Positions 51,111 through 64,000 of a DNA stretch of 64,000 nucleotides are shown one piece after another; the first letter of the stretch is position 1; every line of letters starts with the position of its first letter. Below the pieces are notes generated by a model. It ran no database searches and had not been told where the DNA came from. It saw only the letters and a program-made list of their open reading frames with translations. The DNA is from Azolla caroliniana. Taxonomy: Eukaryota; Plantae; Polypodiophyta. Position numbers and translations under genes: made by a program. The DNA lies in assembly GCA_043228905.1 (NCBI GenBank), contig JBHGNT010000009.1, forward strand, positions 13,330,001 to 13,394,000, written 5' to 3'.

Positions 51111-54100
51111 TGTTGGGAGACAGGTCCCTCCGGATGGGAAGAGAGAAGAACAGTGCGGATGACGAGTACCTGGCTACGGAGAGCCGGATGGTGTAGACCC
51201 GGTAAGAACCGGATCAGGAGAACCCGGCTACGGAGAGCCGGATGGTGTAGACCCGGTGAGAACCGGATGGCGAGTACCCGGCAAGCGCTGAATGATGCAG
51301 GCCCGGTGAGGAGTGCTCATCGGATGAAGAGACATATTCGTAAATATGTTTTTGAGAGTCCATCGAGGCTATATTTGTAAATAGAAGAAAATTCATATTA
51401 GTATAAATATGACTTAGGGCAAACTTAAGATTACGCAGAGTGTCGTTGTTATTCTTGTTTGTGCAAGATCAGAGCGCGTAACTGTGTACAGAGAGAGAGA
51501 GAGAGAGAGGAAGAGGTCGTTGCCTCTGTTGTAACCGCCGCCTGTGGCGAAGATAGAAAGCTCGAGGCTGTTTCCTCGGTGCTTTACTGTTGTACACTGT
51601 AACATAGTGATAGTTTGCAACCTGTGGGCTACCGTGGTTTTTCCCTAGTTTGGGCTTTCCACGTAAACATCCTGTGTACTCTTCTCTTCACTTTGTCGTG
51701 CATTCATTCCTGTTTTTTTGTGTATGATTCTAGACTCGGTTGTGGCCGAGTGTTGCGCATAAGGAGCGTTTAGTTCCCGTCAAGTGGTATCAGAGCGAAA
51801 CGACACATAAAATGGACTATTCGTTGGGAGGCATGTTCAAGCTCACCGGCTCCAACTATTCGGTATGGAAGTCGAAGATGAGGGACATGCTTGTGGTTAA
51901 AGATCTTTGGTTGCCGGTTCAGTTTGGGGACAAGAGACCGGACAAAATCGACGCCACGATATGGGAGGTGATGCACATGAAGACAACGGCTTACATACGG
52001 TGCTTCATCGACATGAGCCTATACAACAAGTTGAATGAAGAGAGCAAGGCTCATGAGCTCTGGGAGAAGATCGGGATTATGTTTCAGAACAAAAATGTTG
52101 TTAATTAGGTTTCGGTATTCCGGAAGCTAGTAAGTTTCCGGTAACAAGATGGCTCCAGCATGGCAGAGCACATGAATGCCTTACAGGGGCTGATCCACCA
52201 GGCAACATCATTGGAAGTACCTTTCGCCGATGAGGTACTAGCACTACTCCTGCTCAGTTCCCTCCTAGATAGCTGGGAGATGTTGTTTGTCACCTTGGGC
52301 AACGCCGGGCCGGAAGGGAAATGGTTATCCCTAGCAAGAGTAAAGTCGAGCTTGATAGATGAGGAGGCGCGTTGGAAAGATAAGGATACGAGCTCCGACT
52401 CCAAAGGGCTCCTTACCAAATCGGAACGCGGAAGAGAAAGGAACCGTAGTCCCCAGAACCGGGAAAAGTCGGGGACACGGTCAAATTTAAGGGGGAGGCC
52501 TACTTGCTTCTATTGCGGCAAACCAGGACACTTCCAGAAGAACTATCGGCATTTCGGAAAGGACAAGGAAACCGATGGTACCGATTCGAAGCAGACACCG
52601 GACCGGAACGGTAAAGACCGGAGGGGACCAGACCGGAAGGGAACGACGGCAATCGCCGCAAGTGAAGAAGAGTTGATGCTCATCACCGAGGAGAGTGAGA
52701 TAAACCTTGTTGGCGACGAGATGACTTGGGTGGTCGATTCCGGAGCGTCGTTCCACCTTACCCCGGACCAGAAGTGCTTCTCATCCTACTGAGCCGGTGA
52801 TCACGACTGTGTCCGGATGGGGAATGAAGGTACATGCCAAATTGTTGGCATAGGAGACGTGTGGCTGACAACACCAACCGGATGCAAGCTGCTGTTGAAG
52901 GATGTCCGACACGTTCCGGAGGTTCGTATGAACCTGATATTAGTCGGTTGGCTAGATGATGAAGGCTACACGGGTAGCATCCGGAACGGTGTTATGAAGT
53001 ACAACAAAGGGAGCCTGATTGTGGCTCGGGTAGGGAAGGTCAACACGTTGTACCTGATGAATGCCCGGTTATGCCCGGAAGAAGTGAACGTGGCATCCGA
53101 CACTGCTGGTGAGCTGTGGCACAAAAGGCTGTGTCACATGAGCGAGAAGGGGATGAAGAGGCTTGCAGACGACAACCTCATTCCAGTGAAGAACGTGCAC
53201 TGATTGTCTGGCTTGTAAGCAAAACCGGACCTCCTTCTGATCAAGGCCACCGATGAGACGTAATGCACCACTGGAGTTGGTGCATATGGATGTATCTCAA
53301 GTGGATACGAAGTCACATGCCGGATCGCAGTACTTCGTGACGTTCATAGATGACCACAGCCGGAAGGTGTAGGCCACACCATTGAAGATGAAGGATCAGG
53401 TGCTATCCGTCTTCAAAGAGCTCCACGTGAGAGTGGAAAGAGAAACCAGACGGAAGCTGAAGGCGGTTCGAGCAGATAATGGAGGTGAATACCGGGGGCA
53501 GTTCGAGGAGTACTGTCGCTCGAAGGGAATCCGGCTCAAATTTACTGTGCCGAAGACGCCGGAACTAAACGGGCTGGCCGAGAGGATGAACCGGACCATA
53601 ATGGAGAGGGTCCGGAGTATGCTAGCGCATGCAAAACTACCCAAGAAGTTTTGGGCTGAGGCACTGTCGACGGCGACATATGTGATAAACAGATCACCTT
53701 CAGTACCCTTGGACGGAGACACGCCACAGAGAGTCTGGACCGGTAAGGAAGTGTCCTACCGGCATCCGAAAGTATTCGGGTGTCTTACGTATGTGCATGT
53801 AGCTAAGGACCGGAGAGGAAAACTAGATCCGAAGATCCGACCATACATATTCCTCGGTTACGACGACGACGAGTTCGGCTACCAAGTGTGGGACTTGGTC
53901 GACAAGAAGGTATTCCGGAGTCGAGATATTATCTTCATGGAGGACAAGACGCTCGCCGACTGGGAGTCAGAGAAGAAAATAATGAATTCCGAGTCGATTG
54001 GTAAGGATCGTTTCTACAATGAGCAGAACCAACCGGAAAGAGACCGGATAGCACTCGAGGAACCAGCCTGTTACGGTGCGGATACCGAACCGACAGAAGA

Positions 54101-56276
54101 AGAAGTAGAGGAAGCCGAAACCGGAACCGGCCAAGACCCCGAATCGGATTCGGATGAAGAGAAAATGGAGGAGCCGGTTACCGAAGCCCAAAGACGGAGA
54201 TATCCTCTCAGAGAGATAAGGCCCCCCCGGAGATTTTAGGATGCAGAGCATGTTCTGCTGACCGATGAGGAGGAGCCAGAAAGCTTCGAAGAAGTGAAGG
54301 ATGACATCCACAGCCGCAAATTGTTAAGTGCCATGCAGGATGAGATGGATTCCCTGCATGAGAACCATACGTACGAATTGGTGGAGTTGCCAAAAGGAAA
54401 GCGGGCACTCCGAAACAAGTGGGTGTACAAGTTGAAACTAGGAGATGCCGGCAACCCCCCGAGATACAAAGCCAGGATCGTGGTGAAGGGGTTCCAGCAG
54501 AAGAAGGGCGTGGACTTTGACGAGATGTTTGCCCCGGTAGTATAGATGACCTCCATCTGGACAGTGCTGAGTATAGCGGCAAGCATGGACCTCGAGGTAG
54601 AGCAGTTGGACATGAAGACAAACATTCCTTCACGGTGACCTCGAAGAGGAGATCTACATGCAGCAACCGGAAGGATTCGTGGAGAAAGGGAAGGAGCACT
54701 TGGTTTGCCGGTTGAAGAAGAGCCTCTACGGGTTGAAGCAGGCCCCCCGGCAATGGTACCGGAAGTTCGACTCCTTCATGACCGATCAAGGGTACCACAA
54801 GATGCAGGCCGATCACTATGTGTTTGTGAAGAAGTTCGAAGGAGGCGACTTCCTGATACTGCTTCTGTACGTGGACGACATGTTGATCGTCAGACGGGAC
54901 CAAGCCAAAATCCGGATGCTGAAGAAGGCTCTCAACCGGACCTTTTCAATGAAAGACTTGGGTTCGGCAAGATAGATGTTGGGGATGCATATCATCCGGA
55001 ACCGGCCAATGAAGCAACTGTGGCTGTCACAGGAGAAATACGTGACAAAGGTGCTTCAGCGGCTCAACATGTCAGATGCGAAACCGGTCGGATCGACACT
55101 TCCGGCAAACTGCAGGCTATTCGGTAAGCAAAGCCCGGAGACGAAATCAGAGAAGGAGGATATGATGAAGTTTCCATATGCCTCTGCCTTCAGGAGCTTA
55201 ATGTACGCAATGGTTTGTACCCGACCGGATATAGGATACGTAGTCGGAGTGGTGAGCCGGTTTATGAGCAATCCCGACAAGGAGCACTGGAACGCGGTCA
55301 AATGGATACTCCGGTACTTGAAGGGCACTACCAATATGTGTCTCCGATTCGGCTGTGGAAAACCTCAACTTGACGGTTTCACCGATTCGGACATGTCGGC
55401 TGATGTGGATACCAGCCGGTCTACATCCGGGTATGTAATGACATATGTAGGGGGAGCTGTTTCGTGGCAGTCGAGGCTGCAGAAGACGGTTGCATTGTCA
55501 ACCACGGAGGCGGAGTACATGGCGGCTATGGAAGCCGGCAAGGAAATATTATGGATGAAGGTCTTTATCGGAGAGCTTGGTATCCAGCAAGATGAATACC
55601 GGCTCTATTGCGACAGTCAAAGTGCCATCCACCTTGCTAAGAATGCGGCCTATCATTCCTGGACGAAGCATATCTAGCGAAGGTATCACTGGATCCGAGA
55701 AAGACTAGATGACCAGGAGTTCGTGCTGACGAAGATCCACACGGCCGAGAACGAGTCAGATATGCTGACCAAAGTGTTGATACCCGACAAGCTGGATGCA
55801 TGCCGGAAGCGGATCGGACTAGTAAGACACCCCATGCCGGAGTGAAGGGGGAGTTTGTTGGGAGACAGGTCCCTCCGGATGGGAAGAGAGAAGAAGAGTG
55901 CTGATGAGCAAACTCGGCCGGATGGTGTAGACCCAGTGTGAACTGGATTAGGTGAACCTGGCTACGGTGAGCCGGTGAGCCGGATGGTGCAGACCCGGTG
56001 AGAACCGGATGGCGAGTACCTGGCAAGCGCCGGATGATGCAGGCCCGGTGAGGAGTGCTCACCGGATGAAGAGACATATTCGTAAATATGTTTCTGAGAG
56101 TTCATTGAGGCTATATTTGTAAATAGCCGAAAAGTCATATTAGTATAAATATGACTTAGGGCAAACTTAAGATTACGTAGAGTGTCGTTGTTATTCTTGT
56201 TTGTGCAAGATCAGAGCGCGGTTCTAAGCTCGGTTGTGGCCGAGTGTTGCACATAAGGAGCGTTTAGTTCCCGTTA
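51111..56276 (+). mobile_element. Element G: full-length decayed Ty1/copia in the F protease
   Basis: LTRs 51111-51782 and 55856-56276; TSD GAAAA; PBS TGGTATCAGAGC at 51785; PPT GAAGGGGGAG. Confidence 0.95.
51812..55845 (+). pseudogene. Copia gag-PR-IN-RT-RNase H of G, with many stops
   Basis: CFYCGKPGH, WVVDSGAS, LWHKRLCH, RADNGGEY, NGLAER, LYVDD, FTDSD, AEYMA, CDSQSA. Confidence 0.92.
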
Positions 56277-58941
56277 GAAAATACGGGCAGCGACGCGCGC
56301 CATGGAAGAACTACATGGAGCCTGCCCGAACATACGGGTGAAAATCAGCGATGTCGAGATCGACCAACACTTCTTCATGTAGGAGACGTCCTCACATCCG
56401 GTTATACTAGGAGAACCGTACATCACGGCGGCACGGATGGAGACCAAGGTGCTGGACAACAGTTCGGCCTATGCAAGAGTCAAGAGCCAGGACGGGCGCC
56501 ACTCAGTCGAGTTTCTGACGGTGCGACCAAACCATGAGCGTAAGTGCGAGACCCTCGGTGGCGAAACCTGAGGGGATTTTTAGAGAGGGCTATCAAGGCG
56601 TGGGGCCGCGATAGTCTGGACACCTCGGAAAAAGCCCACAAATGTATAGTAGGGAAGAAGACTTGTACCATAGGTAGGAAATTTTGGTTCTCCGACAGCG
56701 GGGGTTGTACGACTGTCGGCGTCGTTGGCCGGGAGAAGAAGAGGGCGGAGGAGCGACTTTGGGCATGCAGAGTCCTCGGCCCTAGAGAGGAAATCACCGG
56801 AGCCGTGGAGGCGGTTTCTTTCGACGACACTTTGGGACAGTTACGAGAAGTGGTCGGAGGAGGCCTTAAAGAGGACCGGACGATTCCGGTATGTTCGGAA
56901 GGGATGTACGAAGTCATTGCCGACTTCTGTAATGGGCTCGAGTCGGATCGGACGGCCCGCGTGGATACAAGGTACAAGATTGTGGACCGGAAGGTGAGGC
57001 CAGTTGCGGCACCCTTGCCGGATGGCAGCAAGGAGCGGATAAAAGGGGTTGCGTCGGACCCGAGTCTGCGAGATCCGGCCAACATAGGACACACGTTCAC
57101 CGATATAACGCTACGAGAGCTCAAGATCGGTGGGGGTTGCTTTCTGTTGCCGGCGGAAGAGGACTGGTTTCGGAGAATGCTCGGGAGGCACGGGAAGGCT
57201 TTCGCATTCTCACCGGAGGAGATCGGGTGCGTAGACCCGACAGTTGTGGAACCGATGGTGATCTTCACGGTACCAGTTATGCCGTGGAACCTCAAACCGA
57301 TTCCGGTACCCAGAGCTCACATCCCGAAGCTGATGGAGCTGTTGAAACAGAAGGTCGAAATGGGCATCCTCGAACCGTCGAGTGCCCCATACTCGAATCG
57401 GTGGTTTACCGTGCCGAAGAAGAACGTCACATTACATTTTATTCAAGACCTGCAACCGGTCAACAAGGTGACCATTCGGAACGCAGGAATCGGACCGACT
57501 ATAGACAAGTTCGCGGAGGCCTTCGCCGGAAGGTCGATTTACTTTGTCGGTGATCTGTACTCGGGGTACGACACTTCCAACTAGCCGTGGAGAGCAGAGA
57601 CATTACGACGATGCGGACTCCTCTCGGCCTAGTGCGGATGTGTACCCTACCACAAGAAGGGACGAACTCGGTGGCTCATATGGTGAACACAATGAACAAG
57701 GTGCTGAGGGACTTCATCTCGGACATCACCAAGCCGTTCTTGCACGACATCCCGATAAAGGGGTGTCCAGTGGAAGATGCGGACGAGACTGTCGGGCCGG
57801 AGGGATGCTGGAGGTTCGTGGTGAACCACATCAAAGACTACGAGAAGGTGCCGCAGAGGCTCGAGAGAGCACGACTCACCTTCTCCGAGAAAAATTGGCG
57901 TTCTGGCAGTCAGAGATCTTGGTGGTCAGACACCTGTGCGGGCCTTACGGTAGGAAGCCGTCTCCAGCCAAGGTGGAAGCCATCTCCGCGATGAAGCATG
58001 ATTGCAATTCGGTTACGGAGGTTCGGAGATTCTTGGGGGCGTGTGCGTTCTACCTCATCTGGATTCCGCACTATGCGCATATTGCGGAGCCGCTCTACGG
58101 GCTATTGAAGAAAGGGCGTAGGTTCGAGTGGAGGACGGAGCACACGGAGTCGGTCCGGAGACTAAAGGAGGCGCTTACGGTAGCATCAACTCTCCGTAAT
58201 GCGGCTTACGGCAAGGGCGTCCCCATCTACGTGACGATGGACACGAGCCCGACCGGGATCGGGTGGGTGATCAACCAAGACGATGACGTTGGCACGAGGT
58301 TCCCCCTCCGGTTCGGCGCGAAGGTCCTCAGTGAGCGACAACGAGGATACGCCCAGGTTAAACGCCAACTCTGGGGTATCGTTTTAGCGGTGAAGGCCGA
58401 TAAAGACTACTTGATCGGGACAGAGGTAATAATCGAGACAGACTGCCTGCCGATTCTCGGCATGGTTTCCGGATGCGCGACGCCGGACCTGGTAATGCTC
58501 AGGTGGATAGCGTACATCAAGTCCCTGAATCCGGAGATATGACACATTTCCGTAAAAGACAATGCCATGGCCGACATGCTCTCAAGGGCGAGGTTCGAAA
58601 ACGAGGACAACATGGTTTCGGAGGACGAGGAAGTCGGCGTAGATTTCTTCGAGGCGGCATACATGACAACCAAAAAGGGGAGCACTCCAGCGCTTAACGA
58701 ATTCGACGAGAGCAAGTATGATGGGGAGTGGCCCCAGATCGGCGGGCTCCTGAAAACAATGACACCGGACACGGTGTGGACAAAGGAAGAGATCAGCCGG
58801 ATCCGGAAGAAAGCGTACCGATTCTTCCTTCGGGACGGGTACATATGGAAGCGCTCGAAGAAGAGGGACGACATCCCGCTCCGAGTGGTGGCGAAGAAGG
58901 AGGAACAGGAGGAATTGTTGGAGGCCTATCACGAGAGTCCC

Positions 58942-59390
58942 TATTAGGAAACAGGTCCCTCCGGATGGAAAATGAGAAGAACAGTACTAATGCGCCTCGG
59001 CCGAAACCGGATACAGTTGAGTACCCGGCTACGGAAGACCCGGTGAGAACCGGATGTGGAGTACTCGGAAACGGAAGACCCGGTGAGAACCAGATGTGGC
59101 GTACCTGGCTACGGAGGACCCGTTGAGAACCGAATGACGAGTACCCGGCAAGAGCCGGATGGTGAAGACCCGGTGAGAACCAGATGACGTGTGCCCGGCA
59201 AGCGTCGGATGATGCAGGCTCGGTGAGGAGTGCTCACCGGATGAAGGGACGTATTCGTAAATATGTTTTTGAGAGTCCATCGGGGCTATATTTGTAAATA
59301 GCTGAAAAGTCATATTAGTATAAATATGACTTAGGGCAAACATTAGATGAGTTGTCATTCTTGTTGGCGCAAGATTAGAGCGCAACAGTG

Positions 59391-59451
<61 letters not shown>

Positions 59452-59494
59452 GAAGAGTTTGTATCTTTGTTGTAACCGCTGCCTATGGCGAAGG
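58942..59494 (+). mobile_element. Truncated G-family copia LTR replacing the F integrase core
   Basis: Homologous to the LTR starting at 51111, with expanded CCGGTGAGAACC repeats and (GA)n at 59394-59450; joins directly to late integrase sequence. Confidence 0.85.
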
Positions 59495-62400
59495 CAGGCC
59501 GGGAATTGGCCGCGGCTCCTCCCTTATGCACTATGGGCGGACCGAACTACGCACAATTCGGCGACAAGGTTTATGCCGGTAGAGCTGATGTACGGATAGA
59601 AGCCGATCATGCCGATGGAACGAACGGTTTCTTCATGGGAGGCGGTAGATTGGAAAGACGAGATGAGCCGAGAGGAGTTGCTGGCGGCACAGATTCGGCA
59701 ACTCGAGCGGAGGCTGGAGGACGTGAAACGGGCGAAGGAAAAGCTGCGGGCGGTAAGGGAGCGGAACAAGACCCGGTTCGACCAGACGCACCGGTTGCGA
59801 CCAAAGAAGATCGAGGAAGGTGACTGGGTCCTAGTGTATGATAGCAGCCTCGACAACCAGCAAAGGGCAATGCGGAAGTTTGCAAGGAGGTGGTTCGGGC
59901 CTTACGTGGTGACAAGCGCCAATGACAACGGGACCTACCATCTTGCGGAGCTCGACGGTACGAGGATGGCAATTCTGGTAGCGGGGAAGAGGGTCAAAGC
60001 GTTTAAGAAACGAAACGAGTGCGAGCCTGATCTAGAAAGCATGGACGGCGACGACTGGTGGTCTGAGGCGGATGACGAACCAGAAGACGAGGAGTAAAGC
60101 ATGGACCGGTTTTCACCAGCAAGAGCCCAATTTTGGCGCATACCGGTGGATGCGCGGTTAGGTGGGGGCAGATGCCGTGAAGAAAACCGTCCCTAGGCGG
60201 AAACCGAGTTTAGCATGTGTAAACCGACCCTTACACGCGAGCACACTTTTCGTTGTATAGTACATAGGTAGGTAAAAGTCGGCTGAGGTGAAATCCTAGG
60301 TAGCATGCATTCAATAGGGAGAGAATCGAGTTGTATCTTTGTCCAAAAGGACAGAGAATTAATATGATGTAACGGATGATAACGGCCTCTCTCCTTGGGC
60401 TATAAAAGAGAGGGAGAGGAATGAAAAAGGGATCGCGCGTTAGAGAGGATGAAGTGCTGCCGGATTGGGAGCGAGCCCTTCTCCTCTGACACTCTCCATA
60501 GCCATTTTGCGCAGGTTTTCGGGAGGCTGACTCTGCTCCGTGGAAGGCCCGTGTGCTTCCGGCAGAGTCTCCATACGTGTTCATATACTCAGACTCCTAG
60601 TCGTCTCGTTTTTCTGTGTTGTTGGACTTTGATTCCTGTGTGCTCCCGTGTCTGTGCGTGTGCGAGTGCGTCCGTTGCCCTTCCGTTCTCCTCCTCCTCA
60701 GCTATTTCTCGGTCCAAGACCCTGGTGGTTCCACCTCGTTCTCCACGCACGTGCGTAACAACGTGACAACGTACTTCTCCTCTGACAACCAAAACAACTT
60801 CTTCAACCGGTTCAAGATGATGTGCATTCCCAAGATCTGTCTTGCTGGTCCCAAGTCTTTCATTGAGAAGGTCTGGTTCAGGGCCTTCTTCAACATCCGA
60901 ATCTTGCCTTGGTCTCGTCCGACGATCAACATATCATCCACATACAAGAGTATCAAGAAATCTCCTTCGTCAAATTTCTTCACAAACACACATTGATCGG
61001 CTTGCATTTTGTGGTACCCTTGGTCGGTCATGAAGGACTCGAACTTCCGGTAGCATTGCCGGGGAGCTTGCTTCAGTCTGTATAAGCTCTTCGTCAACCG
61101 AAACATCAGGTGCTCCTTCCCTTTCTTCTCAAATCCTTCCGGTTGATGCATGTAGATCTCTTCTTCGAGGTCACCATGCAGGAATGCCGTCTTGACGTCC
61201 AGTTGCTCTACCTCGGGGTCCATGCTTGCCGCTATGCCCAATATTGTCCAGATAGATGTCATCTTTACTACCGGGGCAAAGATCTCATCAAAGTCCAGTT
61301 CTTTCTTCAGCTGGAAGCCCTTCACCACAATCCGGGCTTTGTACCTTGGTGGATTTCCGGCGTCTCCCGGTTTCAGCTTGTACACCCACTTGTTCCGGAG
61401 TGCTCTCTTCCATTTTGGCAACTCCGACAGTTCATACGTGTGGTTCTCATGCAGGGAATCCATCTCGTCCTGCATGGCACTCAACCACTTGTGGTTGTGG
61501 GGGCCTCTCTTTGCTTCTTTGAAGCTTTCTAGCTCCCCCTCATGCACCTTGCAAAGAATGCGGCCTACCATTCCCGAATGAAACATATCTAGTGGAGGTA
61601 CCATTGGATCCGAGAGAGAGTAGAAGATCAAGAGTTTGTGCTGACGAAGATCCACACGGAGGAGAACAGGTCGGACATGCTGACCAAGGTCCTAACAACC
61701 AACAAGTTGGATGGATGAAGGACTTCATCGGAGATCAGGCCGACAAGACATCCCATGCCGGAGTCAAGGGGGAGATTGTTGGGAAATCGGTCCCTCTGGA
61801 TGGGATCCAGTGATGAATAAAGAGGACCTGGTGAGAACCAGAAGAGAGCCGGTGAGAACTGGAAGAGAAGACATATTTGTAAATATGTTTTGAGTAAGCC
61901 TATTGAGGCTATATTTGTAAATAGCCCAAACTTCATATAAGTATAAATATGACTTAGGGCAATCACTTTGGTTGTTGTTGTCATATTGTTGTACAGAGAG
62001 AGTGATAGAGAGAGAGAGAGTGAGATATAGAGTGATACTCTGTTGTAACCGCCGGTTCACGAAGATACAGAGCTCAAGGTTGTTGCCTCTGAGGTTCTGA
62101 TTGTACCTTTCTCCTATAGTGATAGTTGGAGTCCATGGGTTCTCGTGGTTTTTTCCCATTTAGGGTTTTTCCACATAAACATCCTGTGTATTTCCTTTGT
62201 GTACTCTCCACTTCCCATTTCTGTGTTTCATTCTTAGTGAAGTGATTCAAGACTCGGTTGTGGTTGAGCAATGTTCCACGTTCTTCTCTTCAAGTATCTA
62301 GTACCATACCTAAACGAAGTAGCTAATTAGCTCAGTGGTAGCTAATTAGCTACTGTTATAGACTAGAAGAATAGCTAGTTAGCGAAGATGTAGCTAATTA

Positions 62401-62853
62401 GCGACCATGTTGTTGTAGTATCTTGTGGATTAAGGAGGGCGCATGAGGTGTCTGGTGCTGATGACGTTGCAACCGATGAGGAGATAGCTGCCAACGTGGC
62501 TGAAAGTAAGAGTCCTGCGATCATATCTCCTTCATATGAGCTCCACCCTATTCTTTTGGAAGATGGTACTAAATTAGGCAACGATTTGAAAAGCCATGAA
62601 ATATTGGAAACAACATGTAAATTTGAGGTTCACAACAATAATGTTTTTGAACACTTGATGCAACATTTCTTCAAATCCCAAAACCCTTCTCCAAGATAAT
62701 TATGTTCATGTTGTTCTATGATGGAAAATATTTCATGTTCATTATGTTGTTTTGTGAGACTGTTAGTTACTTTGTGAGTGTGAATATGTTGGTGTTTTCT
62801 AATGTTGCAAGTCTAAAGGGTTTGAATGTATTGCTCCTAAGGCCGATGGTAGT

Positions 62854-63636
62854 GTGGAAATTGTTGATGTTGCTGCATGTTTAGAGTGCCACATGTTGAA
62901 AGTAAATGTAGCAACTGACACAAATGATCTGGTCACGCAAGTTGATCAAGCATGTTGCACAGATGATCTAATTTTGCAGGTAGATGTAGCATGTGATACC
63001 AGTGGGCTGATATCGACCAGATCAGTATCTACATGCACCGAGCTAATGACTAAGTCGACAATACAAGAGCACCAAAATGTGAAGCTAGGCCGAACAAAGT
63101 CAACCAGGGGTTTGAAGAGGAAAAGGACACCAATTGTGCTGACAGAACTTGAGTTGATTGAAATTGATCGTGTGCTACCAGTAATTGGTGTAACAGAGGC
63201 TCAGTTACAGGAATGGAAACCTAAACCATTAGAAGTCGAAAGAAGAGCCTTGATCTTGGAGCTTGATAAAGTCATGATGAGTGTGCGATATATGACACCA
63301 AGGAGGGACGCAAATCAATTTTTGGAGTGGGCTGTGCAATACTTTGATTTGTTAATTTGGAGTGAAAAAACACATACAGATGTGTGGAAGTGTGTAGAAA
63401 GATTCTTCCAGAAGTGGCAACAACATTTCAAGGGTCAGTGGACACGAGAGAATTGTGACCAGAAGGATGTTGGAAGATTCAAAGGACTTTCTGATTTTTG
63501 GGCCACTTGGCCAGATTATAATGCCGACAATACGTTGATTCTGGATACAGAACATTTCCGGCATTACTTCAACATTCACAAATGTTGTCTCATTCTACCC
63601 GATGAAATGCCTAAACACGACTTGGCGAAAACATAG
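62854..63636 (+). CDS. Hypothetical protein or exon, possibly from a DNA transposon
   Basis: 260-codon open frame in AT-rich DNA, with a KRKR NLS-like motif and a Trp-rich C-terminal half; no family recognised. Confidence 0.35.
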   Translation: MEIVDVAACLECHMLKVNVATDTNDLVTQVDQACCTDDLILQVDVACDTSGLISTRSVSTCTELMTKSTIQEHQNVKLGRTKSTRGLKRKRTPIVLTELELIEIDRVLPVIGVTEAQLQEWKPKPLEVERRALILELDKVMMSVRYMTPRRDANQFLEWAVQYFDLLIWSEKTHTDVWKCVERFFQKWQQHFKGQWTRENCDQKDVGRFKGLSDFWATWPDYNADNTLILDTEHFRHYFNIHKCCLILPDEMPKHDLAKT

Positions 63637-64000
63637 AACTACCAACTAACTACATGGTTGTGGACTCCATATTGAGGCTGGTATGCAGATCATATATGTA
63701 GAGAAGTTCCACTGACCAACAAGAGCTTAGTTATTTATAGACGATTTGAAGACATTGGCAATGGGATGTTATAAATATGTAATTTGATGACAGATTAATC
63801 AATGAAGAATTAAATTGCTTGTTTTGAGTAACTTATCTATTGTGTAATTTTAAGAGCATGTTTAGGATTGCTAATTTCATGATAGTGCTTTTTCTTAAAA
63901 TTATGCAAACTATTTTAACTTGTACATGGTTCACTTGAGTAAATCTGTATCTCAGAAAGAAGAACCCTAAACGATATTATTAAACTGGTTTTTAAGAAAG

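Larger units (their letters stand above)
48551..60768 (+). mobile_element. Element F: decayed tRNA-Trp Ty3/gypsy element
   Basis: LTRs 48551-49241 and 60173-60768 (about 95-bp deletion in the 3' copy); perfect TSD ACGT; PBS 49246-49263; gag-PR-RT-RH-IN remnants homologous to E. Confidence 0.93.
48096..61543 (-). other. Inverted RT segment of copia H (48096-48550 plus 60769-61543), interrupted by F
   Basis: Minus-strand ELESF...YVDD...EKYV|TKVLQ...AGKEII lies between plus-strand EHVLL and HLAKNAAYH. Confidence 0.85.
43993..62292 (+). mobile_element. Element H: decayed Ty1/copia with inverted RT segment, hosting nested insertions
   Basis: LTRs 43993-44523 and 61777-62292; PBS TGGTATTAGAGC at 44527 (tRNA-iMet); PPT AAGGGGGAGA; gag-PR-IN at 44573-48095; the same satellite on both flanks; no matching TSD. 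Confidence 0.82.

Noticed and set aside
59388-59582. RE-repeat protein
   Set aside because: Translation of a (GA)n microsatellite in a copia LTR.
43988-62297. TSD for copia H
   Set aside because: Flanks ATTAG and AGTAT do not match; the unity of H rests on colinearity and shared flanking satellite only.

Overview
Eukaryotic, almost certainly land-plant, heterochromatin-like DNA: a deep nest of LTR retrotransposons with no recognisable host gene. A bryophyte/lycophyte/fern-type host is an inference from the element types. Contents: (1) four copies (A 1997-4610 minus, B 4611-9760, C 11291-21245, D 21246-35288 minus) of an Athila/OTA-like Ty3/gypsy family with TGTTG..CAACA LTRs, a tRNA-Arg PBS and a large extra coiled-coil ORF after integrase; (2) a second Ty3/gypsy family primed by tRNA-Trp (E 22211-29291, near-intact; F 48551-60768; decayed I; two solo LTRs) that makes 4-bp CG-centred target duplications and has a GGATTTT-stop -1 frameshift after the protease; (3) Ty1/copia elements (H 43993-62292 with an internal inversion, G 51111-56276, fragments); (4) a Penelope-like insertion carrying a type I hammerhead ribozyme, flanked by a 675-bp duplication; (5) a 52-bp palindromic tandem array. 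The best novelty candidate: both family-1 copies that keep their 3' end (A and C) have no polypurine tract. In its place, 2 nt before the 3' LTR, is an inverted tRNA-Arg primer-binding site with extended T-arm homology, suggesting tRNA priming of both DNA strands. tRNA assignments rely on remembered plant tRNA 3' ends and need checking against a database.
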